Of a stretch of DNA of 64,000 nt, positions 57,887-64,000 are shown piece after piece. How positions within the stretch are numbered: the first letter of the stretch is position 1; each line of letters opens with the position of its first letter. Location: assembly GCF_009914755.1 (NCBI RefSeq), contig NC_060930.1, one strand, 5' to 3'. This DNA is from the human T2T-CHM13v2.0 reference genome, Homo sapiens. Below the pieces are notes generated by a model, which did no database searches, was not told the origin of the DNA, and saw only the letters and a list, made by a program, of their open reading frames with translations. The translations under genes and the position numbers were made by a program.

Positions 57887-58069
57887 ATGGGGGGCGCCCT
57901 TCCCCCAGCCTTGCTGCTGCCTTCCAGTTCAATATCAGACTGCTGTGCTAGCAATGAGCAAGGCTCCGTGGGCATGGGACCCTCCAAGCCAGGCATGGGA
58001 TATAATCTCCTGGTGTGCTGTTTGCTAAGACTGTTGGAAAAGTGTAGTTTTAGGGTGGGAGTGTCCTGA
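57887..58069 (+). pseudogene. L1 antisense ORF0 homolog (60 aa)
   Basis: MGGALPPALLLPSSSISDCCASNEQGSVG resembles primate L1 ORF0 (MAGAPPPASLPPCSLISDCCASNQRDSVG). Confidence 0.75.
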
Positions 58070-58439
58070 TTTTCCAGGTACCGTCTGTCATAGCTTCCCT
58101 TGGATAGGAAAGGGAATTTCCCGACCCCTTGAGCTTCTCGAGTGAGGTGATGCCTTGCCCTGCTTTGGTTCATGGACCGTGGGCTGCACCCACTGTCCTG
58201 TACCCACTGTCCAACAAGCCTCAGTGAGATGAACCCGGTACCTCAGTTGGAAATGCAGAAATCACCCATCTTCTGCATCGCTTACGCTGGGAGCTGTAGA
58301 CTGGAGCTGTTCCTATTCGGCCATCTTGTCTAATCCCGCAAATGCTTCTTTTTTCTTTCTGTTTTACACTAAAGGTATCTAGCCAAACTTGCAGATCTAG
58401 AAGTCTCATTTTTTTTTACTTACTATATCTCAGAAAATG

Positions 58440-59125
<686 letters not shown>

Positions 59126-59129
59126 AATT

Positions 59130-59350
59130 TATGGTGTATTTTGCCATTTTTCTCTTGATGGGCACTTGGACTGTTTCTAAACATTTGCTATTATAAACGG
59201 AGCTGCAATGAGTAACTTCCTATATGCTTCATTTCACATATGGGTATGTGTATTTATAAAACAAAATGCCAGAAGTAGAATTTATGGGCTAAAGGATAAA
59301 TATTGCTTAAAACTTTCAATAGGTACTACCAAATTGCCTTCTATAATGTA
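59130..59350 (-). mobile_element. Ancient L1ME-type fragment
   Basis: 'ttgatgggcacttggactgtttcta...tttgctattataaac...gctgcaatga'. Confidence 0.55.
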
Positions 59351-59776
59351 GTTTTTTTAATTTATAAAATAGAATTGATGAAGTAGAATTTATTTTACAA
59401 GAGTGCGATGAGATTAAATGATATAATCCACAGTAGAGCAGAAAACATAATGCTCAAAATAGTAAACAGTAAATTTTACAAGACAAAATTATCCACAATG
59501 AACTGCTTTTCAAATTTTTTTTCAAAAATGTAACTGAATATATGAAAATGTTTTTACTTTGAATTTTATTTTGTTCAATAACTATATATATTGTTTAATG
59601 CTATGACTGAAAATGTTTTGAGGGACATTTAGTATGTGTACTCTCAATCTTTTGTGTGATTCTTGTCACAAAAATAAGACATAGTATTATTTTCCAAAAA
59701 GTAGCATTTCCTTTAGAAAAATTAGTTTTCTGTCTAATAGAGTCATCTTATTTTCATGTTATTGTTAGTTAACTAC

Positions 59777-60136
<360 letters not shown>

Positions 60137-60174
60137 TCAATAAATTTTCATTAGTATAAAGTTGGTTAAAAGTA

Positions 60175-61975
60175 GATGACATTTTTCCAAAGAAGACATC
60201 CAAATGTCTACCACCTATATGAAAAGATGCCTAGCATCGCTAATCAACAGGGGAATGCAGATCAAAACTACAATGAACTATCACCTCACACCTTTTAGGA
60301 TGGCTGTTAGCAGAGATAAGAGATAACAGGTGTTGGCAAGGGTGTGGGGAAAACGAAACACTTGTTTACTGTTGGTGAAAATGTCGAATGTTGCAGCCAC
60401 TACAGAAAATAGTATGGGTGTTCCTCAAAAAATACGACTCCCATATGATCCAGTAATCCCACTCCTTGGTATATATAAAATATAATTGAAATTGATATCT
60501 CAAAGAAATACCTGCATCCCCCATGTTCACTGTAGCATTGTTTGTAATAGCCAAGATATGGACACAACAGATGAATAGATAAACAGAGTGTGGTATACAT
60601 ATGCAATGAAATATTATTCAACCATAAAGAAGAAGAAAAATCACTGCTTGCAACAATATGGGTGGAACTAGAGGACAATAAGCTAAATGAAATAAGCCAG
60701 TTGCAAAAGGATAAATATTGTATTGAAACGGGAGAGTTCCCCGAATACCATCACAGGGCATGTGACAAGGGTGTGGCTGGCCTGCCTGGTCACCACAGCT
60801 CAAACCCCCTAGGGGGAACATGCAGATGGGCAGGTGCAGAGGCCTGGGTGAGTGCTTCTGGGCTCCGCCCCGGCCCCAAGGCAGCTTCTAGGGGTGGATG
60901 TCTGAGACTCCAGAAGTCCAAGTGGGCGCGTGTTACAAAGCTCTTTCAGATTTGCCATCTGCAGATGGCTTGCGTGTTAATCATCTTAATGGACCCTCTG
61001 CCTTATCGCAAAGGCAGAGGGCCAGTGTGACACCCTTCTGTATCTGGAGCTCTTCCCCAGTGCCCCGAAATAGGATCACACCCAGGCTCAAAGGATGAGT
61101 GCAAAGTTTTATTGAGTAGTGGAGGTGGCTCTCAGTGAGATGGATGGGGAGCCAGAGAAGGGGATGGAGTGCGAAGGTGGTCTTCCCCTGAGGTCCGGCG
61201 TCCCAGCCACTGGACTGCTCTCCGACTGCCCCTACTTACTCCCATTGGCCTCCAGATGTCCCTCCTCGTCTCTGTTTCTGCTGCGTCATTCCATCCTCGC
61301 TGGTCGGCTGTTCTGCTAGTCTCCACATTCAGCCGCTGTGTGTGTACCCGCTAAGATCTTGGGTTTATGTGGGCACAGGATGGGGGGCATGGAAGGCCAG
61401 AGCAGTCTTGGAAAATGTAACATTGGGGCATGAAAACAGGAGTTCCTATTCTCACTTAGGTCCATGGGTGCAGGTCCGAGGGTGGAGCCCTTGCCAGGGA
61501 CCCCACCCATCTCTACCCAGCACTTGCCTGCTCTCATCCTGTGTCAGTATGATTCCACTTACATGATGTATCTAAAACAGCCAAATGCATAGAAGCAGAG
61601 GACAGAATGGTGGCTGCTAGGGGATGGGGGAAGGGGCAAATAAGGAATTGTTGCTCAAGGGGTATAAAGTTACAGTTACACGACATGAATAAGTTCTGAA
61701 AGACCTGCCGTACAAGGTAGTACCGTTACTTAACAATGAAGACTGTGCACTTCAAAATGTTAAGAGGATAGATCATATGTTAAGTGCTCTTAGCACAAGC
61801 AAACAGACGAAAACAAAGCCACAAAATAACCAAAAGAAATTTTGGAGGTGTTTGGATATGTTCAGTGCCTTGTTAGTGATAAAAATACGTATGTGTCCAA
61901 ACCCATCAAAATGGATACATCATATCAGTATTATTTTCTATATATCAATTAATTATATCTCAATAACATTTAAAG
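60175..61975 (+). mobile_element. L1MB1/2-type 3' region, interrupted by an LTR at 60724-61546
   Basis: 'tttccaaagaagacatccaaatg', 'gtatgattccacttacatga', 'gttaagaggatagatcatatgttaagtgctctta'. Confidence 0.8.
60724..61546 (-). mobile_element. ERV1 solo LTR (LTR27/LTR28/MER52 clade)
   Basis: TG..CA termini with the 4-bp TSD gtat. Has ttttattg (reverse-complement poly-A signal). Confidence 0.85.
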
Positions 61976-62059
61976 ATGCAAACACAAAAAATACATATAT
62001 ACACACAGGCTTTGGGAAAAAAAGAGGCTTCCGTATTTTATTGTATTTTTTGGCTTCTA

Positions 62060-62260
62060 TATTTTATAGTATGGACGGGTTATAGTTTATCCCCTCACCT
62101 ATTGATAGATACTTACGTTGTTTCAACTTTTTCATAATTATTAGCAATGCTACAATGAGTATCTAAAATTAATTTTTCTGCTAATGTACCAGTATTTCTG
62201 AAACTCTGTTTCTAAAGTTGATGGTCAGGGTTTGAAGGATACATTTCTTCTTAATTTTAT
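62060..62260 (-). mobile_element. Ancient L1ME-type fragment
   Basis: 'cctattgatagatacttacgttgtttc...aatgctacaatgag'. Confidence 0.5.
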
Positions 62261-62409
62261 ACTTAATGTATAGTAGAATTAAATAATTATCCACTGGTTC
62301 TACTATATTTATAGAAAATGATAAAGATGCAACTCAGGTTTCAACACAGTTAATATATTTAGCAACATCTGAACATTATTTTATAAAAAATAGAAGATTG
62401 CCTTGGTTT

Positions 62410-63266
62410 TCAAACGGGAAATATTCCCTTGTTCCCCTCACAGGGCATGCAATGAGGGTGTGGCTCGCTTCTTTGGTGCCTCGCTGCTCAAAACCCCTAG
62501 AGGGAGCAGGCAGATGGGCAGGCTGTGGGACTCCAACCCCACGGCAGTGTCTAGGGGTGAACACAGTGTAAACACAGCTGAAGCCCCAGTGGGCATGTGT
62601 TACAGAGTGCTCTTTTAGTTTGGCTGTCTGTAGGCGGCTTGTGTTAGTCAGCTCAATTAGACCCCTGCCTTATCTCAAGGACAGAGTGCTTTCTGTATTC
62701 TGGGGTTCTTGCCTTGGTGCACTGGAAGAATCGGATCTCAATTGGGCTTAGAGAATGAATGCAAGGTTTTATTGTGTGGAAGTAGCTCTCAGCAGATGGA
62801 GGAGCCAGAAGGGAGATGGTTTTCCGCTGGAGTTGGGCTGCTGAGCAGCCTGAGCTCTCCTCTGACCTACCTGGCCAAACTCTGTTGCTCCTCCAGCGGA
62901 TGGCTTGTTGGCCTGCTGGCTTCTGTTGGTGTGCTCTTCTGCAGGCACGCTCCCCTTGGTGTCCTCTTGACGTCCAGCCACTTGTGTCTTCTTCCAGCCA
63001 CTGTGTCTTCTTCCAGCCACTTGAGTCTTCTTCCGCCCATGTGTTCCTCTTAACATCCAGCCGCTCGTGTGTGGGGGTCTCGGGGGTTTTTATAGGCACG
63101 GAGTGGGGGTGTGACGAGCCAAGGTGGCCTTGGGAAATGTAACATTTGGGCAGGCAAACTGAAATGCTTGTCCTCACCTAGGTCTGTGGGCACAGGCCCC
63201 GGGGTGGAGCCCTTGCCAGGGACCCACCCTTCTCTACCCAGCACTTCCTGCCTCCCTCCTGTATCA
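62410..63266 (-). mobile_element. ERV1 solo LTR (LTR27-like)
   Basis: 4-bp TSD gttt on both sides. tttatagg (reverse-complement TATA box). Internal ~20-bp tandem ccagccacttgtgtcttctt x3 at 62974-63034. Confidence 0.85.
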
Positions 63267-64000
63267 GTTTGACAAGCAAAATATAATACCATTTTTTGGT
63301 GGCAATGTAGGAAAATCTTAGAGCTACTTAAAATTAAGATTTAATTGAAATGAATTAAATGAAACTAGGTCTAAAAGCCTTAATGAGTCATTTGGATACA
63401 TCCAACTATTCATATGTTTGACAATATTTGAAGAAATCTTTGGTTAATTATTATTGTACTGTTCATTCCTATTTTGGGCACTGTTTATGTGAAACAATTA
63501 TGTGAAATGATTATTTTGAAACTGCCACCAGAAACTAGTGGTTAAAGAAAGGCAATTATGGATATCCAAACACCAAGTAAATTCCTCAAGAATTTCAAAC
63601 AAATGAAAACAAAGCATTCATATAACTTTTCAATAGAGAACTTTCCCCTGAGGATACACCATAAGTAGCCTAGATAACATGGTAATTGAGTTAAAGCTTA
63701 CCTGTCACTCTAAATAATGTCACAAAAGACTTTACTAATTACTTGCTCAGAAACAAGACATAAATGGCTGAGCATGGGGATAAATTTTAATTTTCTGATG
63801 TTTCCTATGCCTGCACTTAGAACTTTTAATTAAAAAAATTGAGAAATAGCAACTACTTATTGACTTTATGCAAAGTCTCATAAACTTGGGCAGTGTCTAA
63901 AAAAAACATATCTTCTCAACTTGCTGGATCAGAAATTTCATTTTGTCAATTCAGCAAGAAGTAGTAGGATTCAAAATGTTTCTTTATGCTAACAAAACTT

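Noticed and set aside
62653-63177. 174-aa ORF with repeated EEDSSGW-like units
   Set aside because: It derives from the tandem repeats inside an LTR.
60724-63266. A provirus bounded by two LTRs
   Set aside because: The LTRs have separate TSDs, are diverged from each other, and no gag/pol/env lies between them.

Overview
This is AT-rich, CpG-depleted primate genomic DNA (it carries AluY/AluS/AluJ/FLAM and L1PA elements, so probably human or another catarrhine). It looks intergenic or deep-intronic. I recognise no host protein-coding gene, RNA gene, CRISPR array or prokaryotic system. The long ORFs in the track are LINE-1 ORF1/ORF2 remnants or chance ORFs in repeats. Much of the window is transposable-element debris: a full-length minus-strand L1PA4/5-type element with TSDs, an internally deleted L1PB, a nested hAT>L1>L1>L1/Alu stack at 27-34.6 kb, several solo LTRs, MER2, MADE2, L2 and MIR. 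The most interesting signals are directly visible in the sequence. (1) Several templated-insertion or fold-back repair scars, including a 64-bp inverted copy taken from 2.4 kb away and a 39-bp direct copy taken from 1.4 kb away. (2) A still-readable fossil hAT (Tip100/Zaphod-like) transposase split by the L1 stack. (3) A probable 22-bp L1 3' transduction. (4) An old inverted repeat with arms of about 150 bp. (5) A few splice-signal candidates. I found no evidence for a new biological system. Subfamily names and comparisons to consensus sequences are from memory and need RepeatMasker/Dfam confirmation. Coordinates of old repeats are approximate.
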